A program made the position numbers and the translations under genes. The notes beneath the pieces were generated by a model. It was not told where the DNA came from. It saw nothing but the letters and a program-made list of their open reading frames with translations, and searched no databases. Below, piece by piece: positions 37,322 through 50,755 of a stretch of DNA of 64,000 nucleotides. The stretch is from Octopus vulgaris (Eukaryota), in assembly GCA_951406725.2 (NCBI GenBank), contig OX597829.1:39370001-39434000 (forward strand), read 5' to 3'. Every line of letters starts with the position of its first letter. Within the stretch, counting starts at the first letter, position 1.

Positions 37322-38056
37322 ATGCTTTCTAATGACTAATAGCTTTTAAATAAAATGGAATCTTCTTAAATTAAAACAAATTGATGTAATAAGAGATTGA
37401 TGGAGATATTATAAAACATATAAAAGATATCAGACAGCAAAAATATTAGAAAATATAAAAAAAATAAAACTCACTGGATGTTACATTAAACTGTGAAATC
37501 AAGTTGAGTGAGCATTTACTTGAGAATGTTTTTATTTAAAAACTTGGCCAGTTATTTGTAATCATCATCATCATCATCATACATCTATTTTCCATGCTGT
37601 GATGGGTTGGACAACTTGACAGGAGCTGGCAAGGCCAGGGGGCCACACCAAGTTCCAATTGTATGTTTTGACATGGTTCCTCTGGCTGGTTCCTAATGCC
37701 AACCACTTTATGGAATGTTCTGGGTGCTTTTCAAGTGGCACCATCACCAGTGTTTCAAAAGAAATATTTTTTTTTCTTAATTTGGATCATTACAACTATC
37801 TGCTGACATGTTGGTTCTAGAATTAAATTTTTTAATAGTTTTCTTTAAGACAACTGGGAATTTTTTTGTAGCTTGATTTTGTTATAGCTGAACCATAAAA
37901 TAAGCAAGCACATGACCAAAAGTATTGTCTTCTAGTGTATCTGGGTTTATATTATATAGTGAATTATTTCTTATATATATATATAGGTCTTGAAAAGGTA
38001 GAAAATCAGAGAATTTCCTATGTAACACTTAACCCAAGCTTGAAGTTATCTACATG

Positions 38057-38123
<67 letters not shown>

Positions 38124-38135
38124 TTATATATACAT

Positions 38136-38431
38136 AAAAACCATTAGATTCACTTCAGCATTTAAATTTAATATGTCAAAATATTTTCATTGCTTTGAGA
38201 CGACGGCCTATTCACTGACAAAATTCCATGCAGCACAGAATTTTGTCAGTGAACAGATCATGGTCTCAAAGTGATGAAAATATTTTGACACTAATTAAAT
38301 TTAAATGTTGAAGTGAATCTAACGGTTTTTGTGTGTTTTTAAATGGCTTATAAACACCTTCCATGCTGCAATTGTTTTTGTTTCAGCACATGATCTCAGA
38401 TCAGATTACTTGCTATGCAAGTACGTCTTCG

Positions 38432-38433
<2 letters not shown>
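38136..38433. mobile_element. Penelope-like inverted fragment in (TA)n
   Basis: Hairpin 38136-38330; centrally deleted relative at 54751-54900. Confidence 0.7.
38244..38290 (+). ncRNA. Minimal type-I hammerhead motif, G3-C8 core variant
   Basis: tgtca-GTGAACA-g-atcat-ggtctcaaa-gtgat-GAAA-atat-TT-tgaca. Confidence 0.55.
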
Positions 38434-38479
<46 letters not shown>

Positions 38480-39850
38480 ATGTTTGTTTTTATCTTTAGT
38501 TATAATAAAAGCAATTTTGCATTAATATAAGAGGTTACTCTATTCTTTTGTAGAGTACTAAATTAATTATTCTTAAACAAGAATATTGTTGACAATGACT
38601 GAAGTTTCAGCCAGTTAAGCCATTATTGGACATGAGTGTGTGTGCGTGTGTGTGTGTGCGTGTGTGTGTATATATATATAAATATATATACACACACACA
38701 CACACATACACATGTGTGTGCATGTCCGATGGACTTCTTTCAGTTTCCCTCTACCAAATCTACTCACAAGGCTTTGGTTGACCTAAAATAAAAGATACTT
38801 GTCCAAAGTGCAATGCAGTGGGACTGAACTTGGTACCATGTGGTTACACAGCTATGCTTATACCAATAGTGTGATCCTCAAATAGGGGCCAGCATGACAT
38901 TTACGAAGCACCGTTATCTGTTGGTAGCACCAAATATTTCCCACCACATTGAACTATCATGGTTATCTGTGGCTTTACACTGACAGCAACTCCATCTGGT
39001 TATCTCAAAACCATTATTATAAAACAATCTAAACAGCACTGGAATTTCATAATTAGATTTTAAATGTAATATTTGCATTCTATAGAAATTATTTTCTTCC
39101 AATACTTTTTTTTATCATCTTTGAGATACTCAAAGTTTGAGTCACTAAAGAGCAGATATGATTCCAATGTATTTGATGGAATAGTTATGTTTTAAAGAAA
39201 TTTTCCTAATATTTCAGATATTTAGAATTTTCTTTTTTACTTCTGATTTTCCTGCTCTAAAATGTAATTATAAAGAAATTAAGATAACGACATTCCATTT
39301 CAAAGCTCATATTCCATTTTCTGTTGAATACTTCAAAGCATTTTCTTGTTATAAGCCATTGCTTTTAACCCTTTTGTAACCATATTTGAAATGAAATACA
39401 CTGCCTCTGTGATTCAATTAATGTTGAAAATGATCTAGAATATGGAGGGAGTTAAAAAGCTGATTAATTTTACCATTATTAAAAAGACATAACAGAAGAT
39501 GGGTTTTGTATTAAAAAAATTTTTTTAGGTAAAATTCGGGTGGAAAATTCTAATTTATATATGAGTGCTTTAAAACAAGCAATTTTCTGTCTTAGAACTG
39601 TAGGAAGTGGTCTCAGGTGGAGCTGGTATCAGTAATGCTAACATTGTTTGGAATTGTTACAATATTTCATTCTTTTGTTAAGAAAGCCAGTTTAATTCCC
39701 TAAGATTCAATTGATGATTTTTAATTAGAGATTGTTTGAGATGATGATTTCAAAGTGAATTGAAGCATTAATTCTCTAAAACTGATGGTGTCAAGTTTGG
39801 TTGGTATGGCTTATTTGAGATTCCATCAGAGGATGATTTTAAATTAAGTA

Positions 39851-39887
<37 letters not shown>

Positions 39888-40030
39888 ATGTGTACATGTG
39901 CTATGGTGCCATTTTCAAAGCTCATTAGACATCAAAATGAAGATGTAGGCCGGTAAGGAAGCATGTACATGATCTCCCAACTTACAAGACAAAGAAAACA
40001 AACCTCTCTCATCATATTCTGTTTTTTTAA

Positions 40031-40498
40031 CCCTTCAGCATTCAAACTAGCCATATCAGGTTCACCTATTCTTATTTCTTTATTCCCACAAGGGGCTAAA
40101 CATAGAAGGTACAAACAAGGACAGACAAAGGGATTAAGTCGATTAGATCGACGCCAGTGCGTAACTGGTACTTAATTCATCGACCCGGAAATGATGAAAT
40201 GCAAAGTTGACCTCGGCGGAATTTGAACTCAGAATGTAACGGCAGACAAAATACCGCTAGGTATTTCGCCCGGCGTGCTAACATTTCTGCCAGCTCGCCA
40301 CCTTAAAATTCACATATTCTTGTTTTATGTTCAAACTGGCAAGATCTGGCCTCTCACACCTACCTGACAATGTCATTCTCAAAAGAAACAACCACATCTT
40401 TGAATTTTCAAAGCTATGAGATAATGGATGATTTATTATAAATAAATGAATAAATAAATAAATATTACATTTGACAGAGTAATCTGAATGCTAAAGGG
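40031..40498. mobile_element. piggyBac-type MITE P2 with nested SINE A
   Basis: ttaa-cccttcagcattc...gaatgctaaaggg. Confidence 0.75.
40073..40302 (-). mobile_element. SINE family A
   Basis: Full-length reverse complement. Confidence 0.9.
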
Positions 40499-40980
40499 TA
40501 AAAGGAAAGACACTGTCATCTAAGGTATTGTCTCTCTTTCTCTGTGTAGAGCAATTTGTACTGTGCTTGTATAGGAAGTGTGATGTCGAGGTTTATTTTA
40601 TCCCAACACAACTGGAAGTAATCATTGGCCAACGGATGTTTCTGTAATCCATCTCTTCTGTTGATGTGTCAACGGCCTCTGCTCCCAAACTAGCTAGTGG
40701 AATTACCATCTTTACCTTAATTTCATCTGATGTACCCCTCTTCCTCTTCATGTCTCATTCCCCTTATAACCCACTATACTCACTTAGCCCAGTGAATTGC
40801 CTCACTGACAAACGCTTCATCAAACTGCCAAAATTGGCAGCTGAGTCTCTCTCAAAGCACATTTGCCATCTTAAAAAGGAAGAATACATTAGACAATGTA
40901 GTGCCAGATAGATACACTGACTTATGAATGATATGGTGGGTCATAGCAAGAAAACCTTTGATTTTTCATACATAAGTACA

Positions 40981-41368
40981 CGAAGGAGTGGCTGTGTGGT
41001 AAGTAGCTTGCTTACCAACCACATGGTCTCGGGTTCAGTCACACTGCGTGGCACCTTGGGCAAGTATCTTCTACTATAGCCTCGGGCCGACCAAAGCCTT
41101 GTGAATGGATTTGGTAGACGGAAACTGAAAGAAGCCCATCGTATATATGTATATATATATATATATATGTATGTGTGTTTGTGTGTCTGCGTTTGTCCTC
41201 AACATCGCTTGACAACCGATGCTGGTGTGTTTACGTCCCCATAATTTAGCGGTTCGGCAAAAGAGAGCGATAGAATAAGTACTAGGCTTCCAAAGATTTG
41301 CTTGACTAAAGGCGGTGCTCCAGCAGGGCCACAGTCAAATGACTGAAACAAGTAAAAGAATAAAAGAG
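40981..41368 (+). mobile_element. CORE-type SINE family B, near full length
   Basis: tRNA-like head gtggctgtgtggtaag...gggttcagtc, CORE-like gcaccttgggcaagt, internal TA/TG microsatellite, (TAAAAGA) tail. Confidence 0.9.
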
Positions 41369-42864
41369 TATATGCAAGTATGTGCCAAAGTAGACATGCT
41401 TTATAACTCTCCTCACCTTGCATAAAGCCACTCCTTGCATAAAGAATAGAATCTATAGCAATGATATATTTTACTTCTTTCTATTATGAAACCTCTGTGA
41501 TGGACTGGTATTCTGTTCATGGAGTAATGACGTGATTTTGGTCACTTATATAGCGTGGAAATTGGATAACTGGCCTTATGACTCATAGAACTTGAGACAG
41601 TGAGGTTCAGCCATTGAGATGATGATGATGATGAATGACTATAAAACCTGCTTTTGTAATTTAGTCAAGAAAATCAATATTTAAAAATGTCTAAATGTAT
41701 GAGATTGAGTCAGATAATAATTTTTTTTTTTACCATTAATCTCATCTTTTAAATAAAAAATATATTTCTAATATTTATGGATATAGTATGTTTCTATTGG
41801 CTGAATCCAAAATTGCCTTCAGGTGTCTTAAAAATTCAGTTAGTAGTTCTAATTCAGTCTGGTACTATCTACACATCTAAGAAAAGGAGATAGCTGATGA
41901 AAATCAGAGATAGAATTGAGGAATGTTATGTTGATGTAAATATTAAAAGTATTTAAATGTCTATTGATTTGGTTAATAGTTTAAAACCATGAAAATCAAT
42001 ATTTTACTAATTGATAGGAAAGCTTGCATAGAAATGTATTTTTGAGGAATTAATAGATTTATATTAGCATTGACAGAGTAGGTTTAACAGGACAATTACT
42101 AGTGTTTCAGTTCAAATGTTTTGGCTATGAATTTAATCTAGAATTGGTTTTTTCCTGCTGTTGTTTAACTCCAAGCTAACTAATTGAACAGACTATTGAT
42201 CAAAAGTATTCCAGATGTTTTCATCCCACTTTTACCTTGAGATATCTAGAACAACACTATATGATGCAGCCTTTTCTTTTTGTAGTATTTATGTAATTTG
42301 AGGGAGATTTAACTGCTATTTCCAGCAGTTTGAGTGGCTATTAGAGGGCTTCCCTTGTAGCTTTTGTATAGTTACGCAATATTCTTAAAATCTGTTGTAT
42401 AAGCAAATGTTTGTCCTTAGTCATGAAAACTTGTGGATTGCCAAAGTTAGGGTTTTGAAATCACATTTAATTGTTCTACAATTATAAAAAAAATATCTCT
42501 TTGCGTTTGAGAAGGAAATGAGTAGTTTGGTGGTTGATGCAACAGAGACCCCAAAATGATACTAACAAGACTTCAGAGATTCATATCATGTCTTCAGTGC
42601 TGTAAAATAACTATGTCTATGTTCACCTTGTGCAGTTAGCTGTTGTTGCTTAATTTCAGATTAACCAGTTCTGATTGGGTTGGGATTTGATGAAAATTCT
42701 TCTAGCTGTAAACATTATTCTGTCCCTTGTAATGTTTCAAAGACTACACTGAAGATGGGTTGCTGTTATTTGAAAGAAATTTTGTTGTTGTTTCTGACAG
42801 GTTGAGCGACCACATAGAAGCTTTCCTCTCACTTTCTACATTGTTGCCCTACTTGTTACATATT

Positions 42865-43171
42865 ACGTGATCACGTGATCGACCAGGCTATCAGATGTTG
42901 CTACACATCGCTGGTCACAATGCGCTTCACATTGTTTTAGCCATCAAGTGATGCCACCCTGATGGTTATGCGAGCAGGCCAACAGAAGAAAAAGTGAGAG
43001 AAAGTTGTGGCGAAAGAGTACAGCAGGGATCGCCACCACACCCTGCTGGAGTCTCGTGGAGCATTAGGTGTTTTCGCTCAATAAGCACTCACAACGCCCG
43101 GTCCAGGAATCAAAACCGCGATCTTATGACTGAGTCCGCTGCTCTAACCACTGGGCCATTGCACCTCCACA
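42865..43171 (-). mobile_element. SINE family E variant
   Basis: Minus-strand head gtggaggtgcaatggcccagtggttagag; TSD-like acttgttacatat. Confidence 0.8.
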
Positions 43172-43667
43172 CTTGTTACATATAGCAGCTAAATCTCCCT
43201 TGGGTCATAACCTATTGTCTTAAAAAGTTCACTCATGCTGCTTGTGTTTCTAGGACAGTGCTGACTACAGATAAATTCTCTTCATTCTTCCTTTACAATT
43301 TTGAGAATGTATCTTCCTCATTTCACATTTGTTTTACCATGTGCTGATATGGGTTGGTTGGTTCTTATCTTACAATAAAAGCTGAGTGCATTCAATCATG
43401 TCACTTGCAAGATTATGATGACAACATTATAGGCCCTCAGAGAAGCAAAACATTGGGGCCCCTCATCCATGCATGAATTAACATTAATTCCCTAGACCCG
43501 TGGGGCCTTTTTGGCAATTGCTAAGTGTTCCCACGTCTTAAGACAGCATTAGTTATCAGGACTAGAGAAGTTGTTCCATGCTGCTGGACTAAAAAAAATA
43601 TCCCTTTTCCTTTATTAGTTCTTCTTTACTGTTACTACCCTCTACAATATTTGCAAAGTCCATGTCT

Positions 43668-44008
43668 TCATCATCATCATCATTTAACGTCCGTTTTCCA
43701 TTCTAGCACGGGTTGGACGGTTCAACCGGGGTTCGGGAAGCCAGGAGGCCGCACCAGGCTCCAGTCTGATCTGGCAGTGTTTCTACAGCTGGATGCCCTT
43801 CCTAACGCCAACCACTCCGTGAGTGTAGTGGGTGCTTTTTATGTGCCACTGGCACAGGTGCCAGGGGAGGCTGGCAGTGGCCACAATCAGTTGGTGCTTT
43901 TTACATGCCACCGACACAGAAGCCAGTCAAGGCGGCGCTGGCATCAGCCACGTTCGGACGGTGCTTTTTACGTGCCACTGGCACAGGTATCACATCTACG
44001 ATTTCCAT
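43668..44008 (-). mobile_element. RTE 3' UTR copy (family C)
   Basis: Matches 32812-33259. Confidence 0.85.
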
Positions 44009-44965
44009 TTAATATTTATCTTGTTTATACATTATATATATTTTTTTCCATTGCATTGTTTCTAGTGTTGACTACCTATCCCACCACAAACTACTTCTTA
44101 GTATATACTGGGTCTATATAGTTAATTATGTCTCAACTTGAACCACATTCCTGATAATATATGTTAACCCCTCACCCACTACAATGGACCTTCATTTAAC
44201 TGTAGTTAGGTGTATAATATTGCCGATAATACTGTCACATTCGCTGAAAACTGTGTCTTTGAATTCATTTGTATTATCTTCCTCACAATAACATCTGTTA
44301 AAAATCCCACTTCAGTGCCTTCATTTAGCTGCAGGTAGAGATGACATTTTTGAGCAGGATTTGACTGGAACATATTAGCAGCAAACAAGTCAAGATGATT
44401 ATATGGAAGTTCCTTCCCTCGTTGAAATGTCTCTCGTTTTGAAACTTTTTTTTTTTTTCTGTGCAGATTTGATTACTTAATTGAGAAGATTTAGTGATTA
44501 CATTAAAAGTCCCTAGCTTGTCTTCTGCATAATATTCTCTAAGACACCTCATTATAAGAAAATATCATTTATCTTAATACTGTTTTAATAATATCTGTGA
44601 CAGGTATGATGGATTGCAGTATTACTGTTGACAAGTTTTTAATTCCCCGTATTGTATGTGCGTATGAAGCAGTTAATCAATAGACATTATTATTTTTCTC
44701 TTAATATTTCATATCTTGAAATCTCCCGTAGGAATTCTTCAACTATTTCTGTGTGCAGTTTGAAGATGTCACTTTGTTATATATGCATGCTGCTGCTGCT
44801 GCTGCTTTTCGTAATGGAAGCCGCTATACTTCTAATGTTGCTTTATGTTGTATCTTCACAGAATATTCTTAGAAATGAACTGGAATTACATTCATTTAAA
44901 AAAAAACAACAAAAACTAATATACTCATCATCATCATCATCATCATCATCCTCATAACCATCATT

Positions 44966-45406
44966 TAATCCTTTAGCATTCAATCCAGCTATATCCAGCC
45001 CAAATATTCTATCTGTTTTTATGTTAAAACTGACCGGATCCAGCCTTTCACACCTACCCTACTACGTCATTCTAAAAGTATACAAACACATCATCGAGAT
45101 CTTGAAGCCACAAGACAATGCATGTTAAATCCAAAACAACAACGTGAATAAATAAGCATTGCATTTGACAGAGTAATTTGAGTGCTAAAGGTTTATACAC
45201 ACACACACACACACACACACACATATTCTTTTAGCCTTAACCTGGCTAGATCTGGTCTCTCTTACCAATCCTACAATCTTATCCTAAAGACAAATGATCA
45301 CATCATTGAAATCTCAAAGTTAAGGGATTAATGTGTGATTAATTCAAAACAATGTGAATAAATAAGCATTACATTTGACAAAGAAATTTGAATGCTAAAA
45401 GGTTAA
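44966..45406. mobile_element. Two decayed P2 MITE copies
   Basis: tttagcattc...tgctaaagg termini; ctctcacacctaccct-like core. Confidence 0.65.
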
Positions 45407-45530
45407 TACCCATCATCTATGGGTCGGATGGGTTGACAGGAGCTGGCAAGCCAGAGGACTGCATCAAGCTCCATTGTCTGTTTTGGTATGGTTTTCTATA
45501 AAACACACATAACAGACATACGCAAATATA

Positions 45531-45761
45531 TATTTCTTTACTACCCACAAGGGGCTAAGCACAGAGAGGACAAACAAGGACAGACAAAGGGAATAAGTCA
45601 ATTACATCGACCCCAGTGCATAACTGGTCCTTAATTTATCGACCCCGAAAGGATGAAAGGCAAAGTCGACCTCGGCAGAATTTGAACTTGGAATGTAACG
45701 ACAGACGAAATACGGCTACGCATTTCGCCCGGCTTGCTAATGTTTCTGCCAGCTCGCCGCC
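45531..45761 (-). mobile_element. SINE family A
   Basis: Full length. Confidence 0.9.
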
Positions 45762-46148
45762 TATACACAGGCATTGCTTGTGATTAAGAAGCTTGTTTTA
45801 TCACCCTGTGGTTTCAGGTTCAGTTCCACTGTGCAGCACCTTGAGCAAATGCTTTTATATTATAGCTCTAGGCCAACCAATAGTTTGTGAGTGAATTTGG
45901 TTGATGGGAACTGTGCAGAAACCTGTTATGTATTTATGCGTGTTTGTGTTTGTTCCTGCCTCTGCAGCTTGACAACAGGTGTTGGTTTGTTTATGGTCCC
46001 TAAAGAGAAGACACTACTCTTGGAGTTTCTACATTTAAGAAAGCTTCATCAGAGATCAGCTATGGCAAAGCTAAATAATAATAGAAATATTTGGAAGAAT
46101 TGTGGAAGAACATGCTCAAACTATCTCATCATCAGGTATAAATATGAA

Positions 46149-46497
46149 ATCATCATCATCATCATCGTTTAACGTCCGTTTTCCATGCTAGCATGGGTTG
46201 GACGGTTCGACGAGGGTCTGGGAAGCCAGGAGGCTGCACCAGGCTCCAGTCTGATCTGACAGTATTTCTACAGCTGGATGCCCTTCCTAACGCCAACCAC
46301 TCCATGAGTGTAGTGGGTGCTTTTTATGTGCCACCAGCACAGATGCCAGGAGAGGCTGGCAACGGCCATGATTGGTTGGTGGTTTTTATGTGCCACTGAC
46401 ACTGAAGCCAGTCAAGGCAGCACTGGCATCGGCCACGTACGGATGGTGCTTTTTTCATGCCACTGGCACAGGTGCCAGAGTAGGCTGGCAACGGCCA
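46149..46497 (-). mobile_element. RTE 3' UTR copy (family C)
   Basis: Matches family. Confidence 0.85.
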
Positions 46498-46696
46498 CAA
46501 AATGATTTAGCAAAAAATTCTTTTAAGCAAGGCATTGAGGGAAATAAATTCCAGGTTATTGTCAGCAGAAGACTAGAAATGACTAGCGAAAGAATTAAAT
46601 TGAATTTGGAATATAAATAAAATAAAATGACTAACAATACATTAGTTAAGGAGATGGTATAATAATAATACAAATAATGCTAGTAGTGTACTAATT

Positions 46697-46986
46697 CATC
46701 ATCATCATTGTTTAACATCCACTTTCCATGCTAGCATGGGTTGGATGATTTTGACTGAGGGCTGGCGAACCAGATGGCTGCACCAGGCTCCAATCTTGAT
46801 TTGGCAGAGTTTCTACAGCTGGATGCCCTTCCTAACGCCAACCACTCCGAGAGTGTAGTGGGTGCTTTTTACGTGCCAACGGCACGGGGGCCAGTCAGGT
46901 GGTACTGGCAATGACCTTGCTCGAATCCTTTTACACATGCCACCAGCACAGGTGCCAGTAAGACAACGTTGGTAACGATCACGCTC
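46697..46986 (-). mobile_element. RTE 3' UTR copy flanked by about 90-bp direct repeats
   Basis: Direct repeats 46608-46696 and 46987-47078. Confidence 0.85.
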
Positions 46987-47556
46987 GGAATATAAATAAA
47001 ATAAAATGACTAACAATACATTAGTTAAGGAGATGATATAATAATAATAATACAAATAATGCTAGTAGTGTACTAATTATCTCTGGGAATTGTTTGTGGG
47101 AGGATTACTTTGGATAGATGTGTTCTTAAGGAGAGAAAAAAATGCACAGGAATTAAATAGATATCTTGTTAAATAGTTGGTTCAATAAATAACTATTTAT
47201 CTGATTTGTTAAGTAAATAGTTTTGGTAGATAGAGACATTTAAGTGAATAGTTAGTTTCACAACTAGATTCTTGGTTAATGGTACATAAGTAATTATTAG
47301 TGATAAAAGATTAACAACTGATACAGGATAAGATAGGGGTTTACATCAAGACAACATTCATAAGAATATGATTTATAACTACCTGGGTATACCATTATTA
47401 TGAATACGTATAGGGTGTTGCCTTGATATATCCCCTATCTTGTTTTGTATAAATTATGAATCTATTGTTACTTACTAGTCATGTATTAAAATTTTTAGTT
47501 AACTATTTATTTGGACTATTTATAGAGTAAAAATGCTGATTAGCTGCATAGATTCC

Positions 47557-47721
47557 TATTTCAAGGGGCTAAACACAGAGGAGACAAACAAAGACAGACA
47601 GACGGATTAAGTCGATTACATCGACCTCAGTGCATAACTTGTACTTATTTAATCGACATTGAAAGGATAAAAGGCAAAGTCGACCTCGGTGGAATTTGAA
47701 CTACGTTCTGAGTTCAAATTC
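47557..47721 (-). mobile_element. SINE family A with 5' inversion
   Basis: ggaatttgaact followed by inverted acgttctgagttcaaattc. Confidence 0.8.
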
Positions 47722-48069
47722 TTGGAACTATTGTGAAGATTTTCAGCATGACCAAATCATTGTAAATGGTAGCTTAAAAAGTCAAAAGCATTGATTAGCA
47801 TGATCACATCAGATCTTGAATTTGTGCCTGGTTCTTGCATATATGGTGTCTATCATTGGAATTGTAACTGGTTGGATCTTTGCATTGGATGTCTGTGATT
47901 GCCAGGCATGGTTTGGTATCTGTTCATAATGGTGTAGATTCACTGATTAGAGCCGGGTCAACTTATCCTGTTAATGCTAGGTGGAAGTGAGTTAGAAGTA
48001 AGTTAATTGTAGTGATGGGAGAATGTATATGTGAAAAGAGTAGAGTTTTCGGTATAGAGTAAAGGGTAA

Positions 48070-48384
48070 AGACCATGGGATTGTACCTAGAAAGTTACCC
48101 TCCGAGGCACAAGTCTGGGTAAGGTTGTTTATAGCAGACCAGCAGTTGCTCATGCATACCAGCTTCCCATCTCCACACCACTGATGTGATTCGAGGGAAA
48201 AAGCAAAGGCTGATGCAGCTTGGCACCAGTGACGTTGCAACTCATTTCTACAACTGAGTGAACTGGAGCAACGTGAAATAGTGTCTTGCTCAAGAACACA
48301 ACGCAAGACCCGGTCCAGGGACTGAACTCACAACCTCACGACTATGAGCCCTATGCTCTAGCCACTGAGCTACGTGCCTTCACA
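48070..48384 (-). mobile_element. SINE family D variant
   Basis: Matches 34537-34886. Confidence 0.8.
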
Positions 48385-48629
48385 GTTCTATATAAATATT
48401 ATTGAAAATAATAGACTATTCGAGATACTTTGGGAATATTAAGCTGATAGACATTTCAAAACATTTAAAAGAATTTAATGAATAAAATTCATATCCTATT
48501 TAGGTAAAGGAAGTAATAGTGAATGGTTGATAGAATAATTCAAAATTTAAATATTCATGAGCAGTAAATATTTCACTGAATACCTAAGAGGAGCATTATT
48601 GTAGGTTTATATACTTGTTGTAGCTTTGT

Positions 48630-49170
48630 CTTTTATCTGTTTTAGTCATTTGACTGTGGCCATGCTGGAGCACTGCCTTGAAGAAATTTTAGTTGAACAA
48701 ATTAACCCCAGTCCTTTTTTTTAAGCCTGGTACTTATTCTATCAGCCTGAACTGCTAAGTTATGGGAATGTAAATTGACAAGCTTCATTTCAGTTTCCGT
48801 CTCCCAAAACCACCTACAAGGCTTTGATTGGCCCAAAGCTATAGTAAAGGACACTTTCCTAAGGTGTCATGCAGTGGGACTGAACCTGGAACCACGCTGA
48901 GAAGCAAGCTTCTTATTTCTTTATTGCCCACAAGGGGCTAAACATAGAAGGGACAAACAAGGACAGACAAACGGATTAAGTCGATTACATTGATCCCAGT
49001 GCGTAACTGGTATCTCGTTTATCACCCCAAAAGGATGAAAGGCAAAGTCGACCTCGGCAGAATTTGAACTCAGAACATAATGACAGACGGAGTGCCGCTA
49101 AGCATTTCACCTGGCGTGTTTATGTTTCTGCCAGTTCGCCGTCTGCTTCTTACCACACAGTCATGTCTGC
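48630..49170 (-). mobile_element. SINE family B with nested SINE A (48914-49141)
   Basis: B sequence resumes after the A copy; TSD gcttctta. Confidence 0.8.
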
Positions 49171-49291
49171 ACCTATGATTATATCATTAAAAAGAAAAAT
49201 AATTTTATATAGGTCACTACAGAGATGTAAAAACATATTGAAAGTAATTGAATCAATTTTAAGTTAAGCATAGAATTTAGTGTTTATTCTT

Positions 49292-49520
49292 ATTTCTTTA
49301 TTGCCCACAGGGGGCTAAACATAGAGGGGACAAACAAGGACAGGCAAACAGATTAAGTCGATTACATCAACCCCAGTGCGTAACTGGTACTTAATTTATC
49401 GATCCCAAAAGGATGAAAGGCAAAGATGACCTCAGCGGAATTTGAACTCAGAACGTAACGGCAGACGAAATACGGCTAAGCATTTCGCCCTGTGTGCTAG
49501 CGTTTCTGCCAGCTCGCCGC
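49292..49520 (-). mobile_element. SINE family A
   Basis: TSD atttagtgtttattct. Confidence 0.9.
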
Positions 49521-50284
49521 ATTTAGTGTTTATTCTATACTTGCTGACAACTAAGAGAACTTGTCAGTAATGCACTGAAGTAAATGGATGATACATTGAA
49601 GTGAATGGGCTGAAATATTCACAAGTTGGTATCAGAGTGATTAAATACAGATTTATATACATGCGTTTTATTAGTTTCAGTGTCAAAGAATGAATGTGTA
49701 TTTAGAAGAGTAGCAAATAGAAAGATTGAATGGCCCAATTTAGATTAATATAGCTGTCATATTAATTATATACCAAGAAAAGCACAGATATGGCTGTGTG
49801 GTTAAGGAGTTAGCTTCCCAACCACATGGCTTTGGGTTCAGTTCCACTGTGTGGCACCTTGGGCAAGTGTTGTTTACTATAGTCCCAGGCTAACTGGTGC
49901 CTGGTGAGTAAATATTGTAGATAGAAGCTGAAAGAAGTTCCTTGTCTTGACATCATATAATATTGTAAATGCATGTCATTTTCTTGCAATCATCATCATC
50001 ATCGTTTAATGTCCGCTTTCCATGCTGGCATAGGTTGGATGGTTTGACTGAGAACTGGTGAGCCAGAAGGCTGCACCAGGCAAAGTTTCTACAGCTGGAT
50101 GTGAAAACATGCCTGACTACGGATAAGTATTTCCTTGCTTGGAAACAGGTAAGCATTGGTGACTAAGGGCATCTGACTTGAAGATTTGCCTCAGTATATA
50201 CCATCTGATCCATACAAGCATGATGAAGTGGATGTTAAGTTTCTAATGGTGATGACGATGATGATATAAAACAATTTTGTTTAA

Positions 50285-50755
50285 CCCTTTCATTACCAAC
50301 CCAGCTGAAACTGGCTCTGGCTCTGTAGTACAAATGTCTTGTTTTCATAAGTATCAAATTAAAATCTTCCACCAAACCTTAGTCACAGTTTATGTTCCTA
50401 ACACTAGCTTAATGATAACTAAGTTATTTTACTAAATTTTTTGTTATATTTTAAATTAATTGAAAGAAACACAGAGCATCTCAAAATAAATACGGTAACG
50501 AAAGGGTTAAAATATATAATAGAGAAACAATTTTTAATCCATTTGATACTAACCTGGCTGAAACTGGCTCTGAGTACAAATGTCTTGTTTTCATAAGTTT
50601 TGAATTAAAATCTTCTACCAAACCTTAGTCACAATTTATGTTCCTAACACAAGCTTAATGATAACTAAGTTATTTTACTAAATTCTTTGTTATATTTAAA
50701 GTAATTGAAAGAAACACAGATCATCTCAAAATAAATGCAGTAATGAAAGTATTAA
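50285..50755. mobile_element. Tandem dimer of MITE P1
   Basis: Same internal spacer as 27419-27893. Confidence 0.85.
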
